A stretch of 64,000 bases of DNA, taken from NCBI GenBank assembly GCA_002269645.1, contig NIVC01000092.1:186001-250000 (forward strand), written 5' to 3'. Of this stretch, positions 35,293-46,679 are shown piece by piece. A model generated the notes under the pieces. It did not search any database. It was not told the DNA's origin and was given only the letters and a program-made list of their open reading frames with translations. Position numbers and translations under genes: made by a program. The stretch comes from Macrostomum lignano. Its lineage: Eukaryota. Position 1 is the first letter of the stretch. Each line of letters begins with the position of its first letter.

Positions 35293-38200
35293 CAGTGTGC
35301 ATGCGAGTAGATGTTGATCGCCACACACGCTCACAGAATTGACTGCACAGCTACCAGGAATGCTGCTGTTCTAATAATTAGCGTGGCAAATTAATACACG
35401 TACTCCATTTAGACACTTAGAGGTTAGAGAATAGCTGGCATGTCTCCCCCATATCTTTTGATGGGGTTGTACATGTACATGTGGCTACCTAAATGCTTCC
35501 ATGGAAAAGCCTGGTCTGGAGAGGGTTTTTACAATTTTGTATGTACGTGAAGACATGCATGCATGTATGCAAATTGATTCTATATGGAACGAATTATAGG
35601 TGCGATCTAGGAAATCAAATTTCATGAATTTCATGTTCCTGTGCTACACTTTTACTTTATTAGAATAAGTACTACACAGATATCAAATACTACATGTATA
35701 CTTAATCAAGTACACTTACACAGTACTACACAGATAATACTACTAATACTACTAATCAAGTAAAAGTGTAGCACAGAAAAAGGAGTATACAGGGGAAAAA
35801 TATCGAGAGAAAAAAATGTTCTGCATTCCTTTAACTGTGAAGACATATGTAGTGTTACAAGTACAGTCTTGCACGAATTTTAGATAGACATGAGATCTCG
35901 TATTGTTGTATTTAACAACGCATAGTAGAGAGGTCCTCACATAAAAATCGTATAGATGCATTTCATAGGTCTGCTACTTTGGCTACTATGGCCTATGGTC
36001 TACTGTTTTGATTTACCGTGTATTTCCAGGAAAAATACCAATATTCAAACGTTTGCACTAATTACTAATTAACTAATTAACGAAAATTATTAATATTTTT
36101 ACTTGTAAATTCATCATTTCACCCTGGAAAAGTTTGCATTGTGATAAATTGTTATTGTCAAGAATTACAAATAACAATTTTAGACAGAATGTCATATGGC
36201 GATAACATTCAAATTCTATATTATTAGCTATAATATTAGACCAAAGTCAGACTGCTGTTAAAGTCATTTTGTACAAATAACGTTATTTTTTATTGATATA
36301 ATCGGTTCTTAGCGCTTTTCAAGTTGTATATAAGCTGAAGACTGTAGTTTAAACTAAACAAAACTTTTTTCATGGTGATTCATTTTGGTAGACCTAAAAC
36401 TAAAAGTTATTTTGTCAGGTCCTTGACTTTGGCCCCTGCTATAGACATGGCATGGGGCCTATGCATAATGCCATTAAATGCTAGGCCTATTACATACATA
36501 GGCTCTAACTACACTACTTAACCCTTTTAAGGCTAAAGAAACCTAGGTCTAGGAAATATTATTGTAAATAAGTTAAAATAGTGGAACAAGCAGGTTTAAA
36601 TTAATATGCATTACTGCAATACATTAATACAATTTTAAACAATAAAATATTTTTATAGGTGAACACCTAAAGCCTTTATAAACAAAGCCATTTAAGGCTA
36701 GGCCTAGGCCTAGTCTTGATATTCAGATTAGTCATTGTAACATTAAATCATTTTTAGGCCTAATTTTATTTGGCTTTTGTGGCCAACTGGCCAACTGGCC
36801 ATAAGTTGCAAAAATGCCCACTTAAAAGAATACAGATTTAGTGTAGAAACAATAAGATAACAAGGCATTTAGCATTTCTTTCTCAAGTAAGTTGCATTTT
36901 TGATAAAAAAAAGTAAGTCAAATGGCCAGTATAAATTAGCAAGGTTGCACATGTATGGCTTTTACTATTAGAGAGTCATGGCACTAGTATTTGAAATCCA
37001 TTGTAAATTTCCCAGTTCCATTTTTTAAGCAACTGTCTTTGTGCCATTCTTGTAAAAGCAGTTTTCTTTAAGGTTGTTAAAAGAAACCACTTGTTTCAAG
37101 ACTTACAACTATATATTTATGTTTGGGTTATTTTTATAGTAGGCCTAAGGCAAGTGGCTAAAAAAGCATGAAACACTAAAGATGGTTTAGTTTATTTGGG
37201 CCAAAAAATTACTTCTTTATATAGTAATTATAGTTCATATTATAGCACATGGCTTAGGTGTGCCAGACACCCAGCTTAACTATGCTACAATAGTACCTAA
37301 GTATACATGCGGAACAGTCAGCTGAGTCAGCCAATCTGGCCAATCGATTTGGTGGCCAACCAAGGTAAGTCACAAAAATGCCTACTAGAAGGAATACAGA
37401 TGTAATACTAATTAGATGATAAGGCATTTAGCCTTAATAGGATAGTAAGAGTTACTCCTGCCATTTACCTAAAATTGCATTAATTTTGCTTTAGTTTCTT
37501 CTACAGGTAAGTCACATTTTTGGCCAAAAACTATATCACATTTTTTGTTAAAACTAAGTCACATGGCTGACCAAATTTTGGAGGTTGTGCATGTATGCAC
37601 CCAAGGAAAGATGATAGATAGACTGGGAAGAGGGGAAGTGCTTTGCCATGCTGTACTGCACCTCCTGCTACTTTGCCACACTGCACTATGCCATTTGCCA
37701 CCTCCTGCCACTTTGCTATACCATGTCATACCATGACTTCTGCTGCTTCCCATTGCTTCACCATGCTATGCCATACCTTAGGTCACCTTCTACCACTTTG
37801 CCACACTATGCCAGGCTGATCAGCACTGGAGGCCATCCTCCAAAATGCCTATGTATATAATTGTGATTATAGTTGTTTCCATAATGTGCAGATTTTCATC
37901 AGAAGCCTTTTCATCTAAAAGTTATTTGGTGTCATTTTGTCAAATAGTAGAAAATAGATGCCTGCAAACCTTTTAACTTGAATTGAGATAAATATTCTAG
38001 GTTAGTAATTTTATGTCTCTTTATAGTGAAATATATAAAAATATATTAGAAAGAAACTTTACTTGTTCAAGCAAAGTGTTCCTAAGAAAAAAGATATTGT
38101 ATATTCATATATGATTTATTTTATATAGGCATAAATAATTAAAGAGAAAAAACAAATATAAAAATGAAGAGCTAAGCTAAAAATTAGTTGTTTGTAAGAT

Positions 38201-39736
38201 GTAGGTAGGTAGGTAGGCATGCAATAAATTTCAGAAATGAGCTGAAAGCAGAATTTAGATAACATTAATATTCAATATATATCATTTATCATAGCAATAA
38301 AACACAATTTCATTTTACTAGGCCTATATATATATTTCTTAGAAACACCTTACTTAAAACTACAAATTTTACTTAAACAATAAGTTCTTAGCACTTTTAA
38401 GTAAAACAACCAATGCAAATGCCAACAGCCTCAATAGATAATAGAATGGACCCTATTGCAGTCAATGGCCATTATTGTACAGCATCTGGCATAGATTGGC
38501 CTTTTATAATGTAGGTGCAATCTGGTATGCTAGTGCAGTCTGGTGCAGGAGCAATAGTGCAACCAGAAATTTGTTGAAAGGTGGATTCTATAGGGTAAAG
38601 ATCCAAGGGGGACAAAGGGGGTGGCTCTGTTTTTGGAAAAAATCTCTTGATCTGCCTTTGATTTTTAGGCATTTGCCTAGAAAGGGGAGGTTGGTTGTGG
38701 CACTATGCAGGAGAGGGGGGCATCTGGCATAGTTTAGACAATAACTACAATAAAGAGAATAAATCTAAATATACTAAATCTCTAAGGTTTGTATGCTTGC
38801 TTGCTTGAATGTCCATAATGCTCTAGAGAAAGCATAATAAAACTAAAGATACAAGTGGTATATTTTTTGCAATTGAGTTCTGGTTGGTGACACGTGGTAA
38901 AAGTACAAATGGGATAAAAATGGAAGTTTATTTAAAATAATTTTTTACTACTCAGCTATTGGACAAAAATTTCTCAACTTTGAGTATAAGAAAAATATTG
39001 AAGACTTCAAGAACTTTCAAGAATCAAGTCAAGTCACTTGTTGGGACTCTAATGGTAAGCATAGGCCTCTAACTATATTTATTATTATGCTTCTATATAG
39101 GTAGAGCCTTTGTCTTATTATACTATAATTGTTTTTAGTTATAATCTCAAGATATGAATAAACTTATGCTAAATACAATCATATTAATTAATTGTTTATA
39201 ATAGCCTAAGTAGGCCTTACAGTTTTAATAATATTGAGTCATATAGGAAATTCTAAAACTGCTACAAAAATTATTGATAAAGTTTTGTCTTGAAATCTAT
39301 TTGAATTATTCCTATAATCCTAGAAAACTCCTTTAAAAATTCAGCATATTCTTGCTTAGAATTAAAATCTTATAGAATCATGTATATATAACCTCTAAAA
39401 TTATACTAGCTACATGACTTAGATTTGAATAAAAAACAGTTTTGAGAGAAAATTTGAAATCCCTTGTATAACATAGTTTGTTCCTTTTGCAACTTGCCTT
39501 GTCTTATTCTCCTTTTGCTTCTTGTTTTTTCCATTTTTTCTCTATATCACTTTTCATTTTTTATCATCTTGCCTTTTTCTTTTTTTGTTTCTTTGTTTTC
39601 TTGTCTTTTTTGCTTCTTTGTCCTCAATTTTGTGATTTACCCTTGGTCTTCTACAAATTATGCTAGCCAGATTGGCTTGGCCAGCTAACAACAACAACAA
39701 CAACAAAATACGCTGTCATGATGGTAAAAGTCAGCG

Positions 39737-42700
39737 TCACAGGGCGCGCTTCATGGCTTGGGCGCGAACAAAGGCCGCGCCACCGGCAGTGTCCGGGGCG
39801 CCGGCGTCAGCCAGCAGACAGTCGACATAACGCCGAGTTCGCGCTTGACCTCGCCGGTAGGGTGCCTGCAGCGTGAGCAGCAGCACCTCCTGCACCGGCT
39901 GTGGGCAGTACGACTCGGCGCGGATGAGATGGCCTGCGAGCTGGAGTCGCCGACGGCGCAGTAGATCACTTGGACGTGGCAGGCCAGCGCGGCGATAGAG
40001 TGCCGCGTTGGTGACTCGCTCGACGCCGATGTTGAAGGCGGCGCGCAGCAGACCAGCGTGCGCCGCATCGACTTGCTGTTCGAGTGAGTCCGTCAGCGTC
40101 CAGGTCTCGGCGTTGTACAGCAGGACGGTCTCGATTACCGCCTGGAACAGCGCCGCCCTCTGGCGGTCCGGTAGGGCCTCGGACTGCAGGACTGCCCTCA
40201 CAGAACGAAAGGCAGCCCAGGCAAGCCCGCGGCGGCGTCGCAGGTCCTCGCGAGCGTCTGGAACCAGACCGCCGAGGTAGACGAACTGCTGACATCGCGG
40301 GAGTTCGGTCGCCTGCCCGTCAGCGCCTCGGCAAAATATTGCAGCCTCGATGTCGTCCGGCACGCAGAGCACAACGGTCTTCTGTGTGTTGACCACCAGG
40401 CCGACACTCGCCGCAACGGCAACCAGCCTGTCCAGCTGCCGTTGGGCGCCCTCGACGGTCGAGGACAGCAGGGCGAGGTCGTCGGCGTAGCCAAGCACGC
40501 TGAGCCGCTTCTCCGGTTGACGTCGACCCACGCGTCGCTGCAGCAGAAAACCGTCGTCGTCGGTAGGAAGAGCAGTCCGCAGCACCCAGTCAAGCACCAG
40601 GACGAACAGAAACGGCGCCAGCGTATCTCCCTGAAGCACTCCGGAGGATGTCTCAAAGGAGTCCGATAGGCCGTCCGGTGTTGTCACAGCAGCTGTCGTA
40701 TCACGGTACATCGCCATGACGGCGGAGATCAGCTGCTCAGGCACGTTGTACGCGCGGAGCACCATTGGAAGCACGGCTCTGACAACCGAGTCGAATGCCT
40801 TCTTGAAATCAATAAAGATTAAAATCAGTATCGACTGACGAATCCGCGCCTCCTCGATGACTCGGCGAAGAGCCAGGATCTGCGCCACTGTGCCGCGATG
40901 GGGCCGGAACCCGTTCTGCTCTGGGCGCAGGTACGGATCCAGCACGGGCTGCAACCGCGAAAGCAGCATCCGGTTGAACAGCTTCGCTGCACAGGACTGA
41001 AGGCAGATGCCTCGATGGTCTTCAAGCCTAGTGGTGCCCGGCTTCTTTGGAACAGCGACGATGTGCGCCGTGGTCCATTCGTTGGGCGCCGCCTCACCGA
41101 AGAGCACGCGGTTCATCACTCTGGCGACCTCAGCGGCCACACAGGGGATGCGCAGCGCCTCGATGGGCACCTCGTCCGGACCCAGCGCTTTCCCGCCCGG
41201 TGACTGCTGGGCGAGCTTGACAACGTCGGCTGCGTTGACTGGGGCTACGCTGAAACTCTCCTCTGCCGGCAGCGGCGTCTCCGGCGGCAGCGTCAGACTG
41301 TCTGGCAGCGGGGGTGGCGGCGCGTTGACGATGGCGGCGAAGAACTCGCGCAGCTCGTTCCTACGCTCGTCCGGCGTGTCACCAGCCAGGTTCAGCGGAT
41401 TGCGCCGCTTTCGTCCCGTCAGAGCGTTGATGGCGGACCAGGCCACGCGCCCTCTGGCATCGGGCCCAGCGGCAGAGACAGCCTGAATGGCGTCATCGAC
41501 AGCCGCTTGTTGGCGCTGCAGGTAGACAGCTGCCAGAGCTGCCTCTGCCTCGCGGGTTGGTCGCCTGCTCAAGCGGAGCTTCTCCAGATCTTCCCTCGCT
41601 GCCTGAATCGCGGGGTCGTCCTGCCAGACCGGCTGCCCACGTTGAGCCGGCTGCATCATCGGGACTGCTTGCTCCGCGGCGGTTCTGATTGCAGCGCACA
41701 CTTCCGCATACTCGGCACTTCCACGCTTGTCGCCCAGCGCGGTGTTAAAGGCGCTAGCAAAGCGACGCTGCGTATCGGTGGCTCTGAGCGCGCGGTAGTA
41801 GCGCCGCGGTGGCCGCTTCGGCGGACGGTAGAGCGGATCGCGAAGGTTGAGGTCGCAGATGAGGAGCCGGTGATCGGACCGCAGAGCCAGCGGCGTGATG
41901 GTGCGGCAGTTGACGGCGCGACGACGCTCACGGAAACGCACGAGCACGTGGTCGAGCTGTGCTTGTCTCCGGGTTGCGTTCCTGCCACGCGCGTTCCGTC
42001 GCCTCCGCTTGCAGCCCACGAAGGTTGCGAGACCGCTCAGTGGCTTGCGGAAGCGGGTGTTGGCCGACACCATGTCCTGCCTCTCCAGGAAGTCCTCTAG
42101 TGCCTCGGTGTTGTTGTTCCCGCGTGGCGTCACGAACAGCGACCTCTCGGACCTACGCAGGACTGCGTTCAGGTCTCCGAGGGCGACCGCTGTGTCACGC
42201 TGCGCCGTCGCCTCTACCTGCACTGAGAGCTGCTCGAAAAACTCTTGAGCCTCGTCAGGGCGTGTGGCAGGGGGCGCGTACGCGCAGAACAGGCGAGCAT
42301 TCCGACCGCGTAGCCGGACGTCGATCCGAAGCAACCGGGGGGACAGGGAGATGCAGCGACAGCTCTGCTGCAGCCTCGGCCCGATCAGCGCTCCAACTCC
42401 TCCACGGCCTCGCTGGTCCGCAGAAGTATAGTAGAGGGTCCACCCGGCGCCCAAGTCCTCACAATGAAGTCCCGGGTCGGCCTTGATAGACACCTCCTGC
42501 AGCGAGATGATGTCGCAGCTCAGGTCGTACGCCAGCTTCGCCAGCACCCCTCTACGCCAAGCAGCCTTGAGAGTGCGGCAGTTCAGCGTCCCGACCCGAA
42601 GCATGCCCTGTGGTACGGCTGGGGCTCGATGCAGTTGAGCCTCACGGTCCCCGGCGCCACCCGGAGGATCCGAGTGGACCCGCGCGGCAGCTCGACGGGC

Positions 42701-42850
42701 GGCGCCACGCAGCCGGCCTCGTCGGTTCCGCTCACGCCGGCGCTCAACACGCCGACGGGCGCTCCGCTGCCCTCGCTTGGTCCTGCCGCATTTGGCCGCC
42801 GCAGCAGTTAAGCGCGGCTCTCCGCTCTGACCACGAGGAGGTAGCGGCAT
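39737..42850 (-). CDS. RTE-clade non-LTR retrotransposon ORF (APE endonuclease + reverse transcriptase), intact 1037 aa
   Basis: APE motifs GTLNCRTL, LQEV, GDLNA, LDHVLV, SDHRLL. RT motifs PEQNGFRPHR, FIDFKKAFDSV, GVLQGDTLAPFLF, YADD. RTE-like C-terminus LLYNAETW...LQLAGHLIR; single ORF. Confidence 0.95.
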   Translation of the reverse strand: MPLPPRGQSGEPRLTAAAAKCGRTKRGQRSARRRVERRRERNRRGRLRGAARRAAARVHSDPPGGAGDREAQLHRAPAVPQGMLRVGTLNCRTLKAAWRRGVLAKLAYDLSCDIISLQEVSIKADPGLHCEDLGAGWTLYYTSADQRGRGGVGALIGPRLQQSCRCISLSPRLLRIDVRLRGRNARLFCAYAPPATRPDEAQEFFEQLSVQVEATAQRDTAVALGDLNAVLRRSERSLFVTPRGNNNTEALEDFLERQDMVSANTRFRKPLSGLATFVGCKRRRRNARGRNATRRQAQLDHVLVRFRERRRAVNCRTITPLALRSDHRLLICDLNLRDPLYRPPKRPPRRYYRALRATDTQRRFASAFNTALGDKRGSAEYAEVCAAIRTAAEQAVPMMQPAQRGQPVWQDDPAIQAAREDLEKLRLSRRPTREAEAALAAVYLQRQQAAVDDAIQAVSAAGPDARGRVAWSAINALTGRKRRNPLNLAGDTPDERRNELREFFAAIVNAPPPPLPDSLTLPPETPLPAEESFSVAPVNAADVVKLAQQSPGGKALGPDEVPIEALRIPCVAAEVARVMNRVLFGEAAPNEWTTAHIVAVPKKPGTTRLEDHRGICLQSCAAKLFNRMLLSRLQPVLDPYLRPEQNGFRPHRGTVAQILALRRVIEEARIRQSILILIFIDFKKAFDSVVRAVLPMVLRAYNVPEQLISAVMAMYRDTTAAVTTPDGLSDSFETSSGVLQGDTLAPFLFVLVLDWVLRTALPTDDDGFLLQRRVGRRQPEKRLSVLGYADDLALLSSTVEGAQRQLDRLVAVAASVGLVVNTQKTVVLCVPDDIEAAIFCRGADGQATELPRCQQFVYLGGLVPDAREDLRRRRGLAWAAFRSVRAVLQSEALPDRQRAALFQAVIETVLLYNAETWTLTDSLEQQVDAAHAGLLRAAFNIGVERVTNAALYRRAGLPRPSDLLRRRRLQLAGHLIRAESYCPQPVQEVLLLTLQAPYRRGQARTRRYVDCLLADAGAPDTAGGAAFVRAQAMKRAL

Positions 42851-42875
42851 TTATCTGCACCGTGGTGCAAATAAA
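42784..42875 (-). ncRNA. HDV-like self-cleaving ribozyme core at the LINE 5' end (P1 5' strand not found)
   Basis: Minus strand: P2 UGCCGC, P3/L3 ACC-UCCUCGU-GGU (HDV antigenome ACC-UCCUCGC-GGU), CAGAGC-GG, P4 GCCGC...GCGGC, J4/2 GCCAA, P2' GCGGCA. A hairpin UUUAUUUGCACC/GGUGCAGAUAAA lies upstream. Confidence 0.55.
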
Positions 42876-44166
42876 TTAAGACTGCAAATAAATTAAGACT
42901 GCAAATAAATTAAGACTGCAAATAAATTAAGACTGCAAATAAATTAAGACTGCAAATAAATTAAGACTGCAAATAAATTAAGACTGCAAATAAATTAAGA
43001 CTGCAAATAAATTAAGACTGCAAATAAATTAAGACTGCAAATAAATTAAGACTGCAAATAAATTAAGACTGCAAATAAATTAAGACTGCAAATAAATTAA
43101 GACTGCAAATAAATTAAGACTGCAAATAAATTAAGACTGCAAATAAATTAAGACTGCAAATAAATTAAGACTGCAAATAAATTAAGACTGCAAATAAATT
43201 AAGACTGCAAATAAATTAAGACTGCAAATAAATTAAGACTGCAAATAAATTAAGACTGCAAATAAATTAAGACTGCAAATAAATTAAGACTGCAAATAAA
43301 TTAAGACTGCAAATAAATTAAGACTGCAAATAAATTAAGACTGCAAATAAATTAAGACTGCAAATAAATTAAGACTGCAAATAAATTAAGACTGCAAATA
43401 AATTAAGACTGCAAATAAATTAAGACTGCAAATAAATTAAGACTGCAAATAAATTAAGACTGCAAATAAATTAAGACTGCAAATAAATTAAGACTGCAAA
43501 TAAATTAAGACTGCAAATAAATTAAGACTGCAAATAAATTAAGACTGCAAATAAATTAAGACTGCAAATAAATTAAGACTGCAAATAAATTAAGACTGCA
43601 AATAAATTAAGACTGCAAATAAATTAAGACTGCAAATAAATTAAGACTGCAAATAAATTAAGACTGCAAATAAATTAAGACTGCAAATAAATTAAGACTG
43701 CAAATAAATTAAGACTGCAAATAAATTAAGACTGCAAATAAATTAAGACTGCAAATAAATTAAGACTGCAAATAAATTAAGACTGCAAATAAATTAAGAC
43801 TGCAAATAAATTAAGACTGCAAATAAATTAAGACTGCAAATAAATTAAGACTGCAAATAAATTAAGACTGCAAATAAATTAAGACTGCAAATAAATTAAG
43901 ACTGCAAATAAATTAAGACTGCAAATAAATTAAGACTGCAAATAAATTAAGACTGCAAATAAATTAAGACTGCAAATAAATTAAGACTGCAAATAAATTA
44001 AGACTGCAAATAAATTAAGACTGCAAATAAATTAAGACGCAAATAAATTAAGACGCAAATAAATTAAGACGCAAATAAATTAAGACGCAAATAAATTAAG
44101 ACGCAAATAAATTAAGACGCAAATAAATTAAGACGCAAATAAATTAAGACGCAAATAAATTAAGAC
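42869..44166. repeat. Perfect array: 68 x 17-bp AAATAAATTAAGACTGC, then 8 x 16-bp AAATAAATTAAGACGC, then a partial unit
   Basis: 42869 + 68x17 = 44025, the start of the first 16-mer; no internal indels seen. Confidence 0.97.
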
Positions 44167-44269
44167 CAGCTAGCAGTTGCATATGTAAGACTATACACAG
44201 AATGCAGAAAAATCCTAAAGTATGTAGACAAAAAATCTTACAGAAGGCAGACAAGACATCTCTGAATGC

Positions 44270-45790
44270 AGCCGAGAAATCCCAGATAATGAAGTCAAGA
44301 AATCCTAGAAAATGCACTTAAAAATTCCAATAAATACAGCCAAGAAATCACAGTGAATGCAGCCAAGAAATCACAGTGAATGCAGCCAAGAAATCCCAGT
44401 GAATGCAGCCAAGAAATCACAGTGAATGCAGCTAAGAAATCCCAGTGAATGCGGCCAAGAAATCCCAGTGAATGCAGCCAAGAAATCACAGTGAATGCAG
44501 CCAAGAAATCACAGTGAATGCAGCCAAGAAATCCCAGTGAATGCAGCCAAGAAATCACAGTGAATGCAGCCAAGAAATCCCAGTGAATGCAGCCAAGAAA
44601 TCCCAGTGAATGCGGCCAAGAAATCCCAGTGAATGCAGCCAAGAAATCCCAGTGAATGCAGCCAAGAAATCACAGTGAATGCAGCCAAGAAATCCCAGTG
44701 AATGCAGCCAAGAAATCCCAGTGAATGCAGCCAAGAAATCACAGTGAATGCAGCCGAGAAATCCCAGATAATGAAGTCAAGAAATCCTAGAAAATGCACT
44801 TGAAAATTCCAATAAATACAGCCAAGAAATCCCAGTGAATGCAGCCAAGAAATCCCAGTGAATGCAGCCAAGAAATCCCAGTGAATGCGGCCAAGAAATC
44901 ACAGTGAATGCAGCCAAGAAATCACAGTGAATGCAGCCAAGAAATCACAGAAAATGCAGTTAAGAAATCACCGTGAATGCAGCCAAGAAATCACAGTGAA
45001 TGCAGCCAAGAAATCACAGTGAATGCAGCCAAGAAATCACAGTGAATGCAGCCAAGAAATCACAGTGAATGCAGCCAAGAAATCACAGTGAATGCAGCCA
45101 AGAAATCACAGTGAATGCAGCCAAGAAATCACAGTGAATGCAGCCAAGAAATCACAGTGAATGCAGCCGAGAAATCCCAGATAATGAAGTCAAGAAATCC
45201 TAGAAAATGCACTTGAAAATTCCAATAAATACAGCCAAGAAATCCCAGTGAATGCAGCCAAGAAATCACAGTGAATGCAGCCAAGAAATCCCAGTGAATG
45301 CAGCCAAGAAATCACAGTGAATGCAGCTAAGAAATCCCAGTGAATGCAGCCAAGAAATCCCAGTGAATGCAGCCAAGAAATCACAGTGAATGCAGCCAAG
45401 AAATCACAGTGAATGCAGCCAAGAAATCCCAGTGAATGCAGCCAAGAAATCACAGTGAATGCAGCCAAGAAATCCCAGTGAATGCAGCCAAGAAATCCCA
45501 GTGAATGCGGCCAAGAAATCCCAGTGAATGCAGCCAAGAAATCCCAGTGAATGCAGCCAAGAAATCCCAGTGAATGCAGCCAAGAAATCCCAGTGAATGC
45601 AGCCAAGAAATCCCAGTGAATGCAGCCAAGAAATCACAGTGAATGCAGCCGAGAAATCCCAGATAATGAAGTCAAGAAATCCTAGAAAATGCACTTGAAA
45701 ATTCCAATAAATACAGCCAAGAAATCCCAGTGAATGCAGCCAAGAAATCACAGTGAATGCAGCCAAGAAATCCCAGAAAATGCAGTTAAG
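44270..45790. repeat. 23-bp satellite GCAGCCAAGAAATC(C/A)CAGTGAAT with higher-order structure
   Basis: A diverged spacer block recurs at 44271, 44753, 45166 and 45648. Confidence 0.95.
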
Positions 45791-46679
45791 AAATCGCTTA
45801 GATTGCAGCTAAATTTTATTCAATCAAAAGGATACAATTTAAAAATGTCCAAGTAATTTTCAATTTACACGTTTTGGCCCAGCGCCAGAAAGCCCTGTCA
45901 GATAAGTAAGATCGTGTTTCGCCTGTAGTTTCTCAATTTTCACTTCAGTTTATTAAATAGAAAGTCTCTTCTTTCCTTTGCACCAGCGAATAATTTGTAA
46001 TGGCTACAATTGGGTACTATTAGGAAAATGGCAGCACTGTGGGATTTTGTCCCAGGTCTGGGATGCGAACCTGTTCTGCTTGGACTATGCTTTCTCTGAC
46101 CCACATTTTGGACTCACCACTTGTGAGAACCGGCCCTGTCATTAGAGACATCTTGGTTGCTTTTTCTTTTGCCAAATCTCAATACCTGGATGGCTCTGCA
46201 TCTTCTTGGGCTTCTCTGCTTGGTCAGGGAAGCCTACTGTAGGTGGACGAGGTAATCGGTTATGGCGAAAGCAATGCACAGAAATGCAGAAATTTTATTC
46301 CTGAATTATGGAGAGAAATCTAAGCTAAGCTCTTTGTATATTGGCCTCCTTTTGAGTTGAATAGATCGATACAGTCATCTGCTTGAGGAAGGAAAGGTAA
46401 GGGAGAATGCAGTCAGCTCCTTTGATGCCTAACGACCAAGTAAAAGAAAGCGAAATGACCAGATAAATCCAGGCTGACGCTGAAGCTTAAGACTTTGGCT
46501 AACAGGCTCTCAATATCTTTAAAAAAAACTGTCATGAAAATATTCTAATAGAATGCTCAAATTTCAGGTAGCTAAAGGTAAGCTGAAATATGCATTGACC
46601 ATTGCATTGAAATTTGTAGCATATTTTGTGTATGTAATATTCCATGTTGCACAAGACATGCTATTACAGGCACAACAGA

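Larger units (their letters stand above)
39688..44165 (-). mobile_element. RTE LINE insertion including 3' (TTG)n tail and 5' tandem array, bounded by a candidate 7-bp TSD
   Basis: 3' tail reads (ACA)n on + at 39688-39705. CCAGCTA occurs at 39681-39687 and again at 44166-44172. Confidence 0.7.

Noticed and set aside
39751-42879. Many overlapping ORFs on both strands within the LINE
   Set aside because: By-products of high GC content in the real RTE frame.
44270-45790. CRISPR-like or coding interpretation of the 23-bp array
   Set aside because: Contiguous tandem monomers without unique spacers; the ORFs are repeat artefacts.
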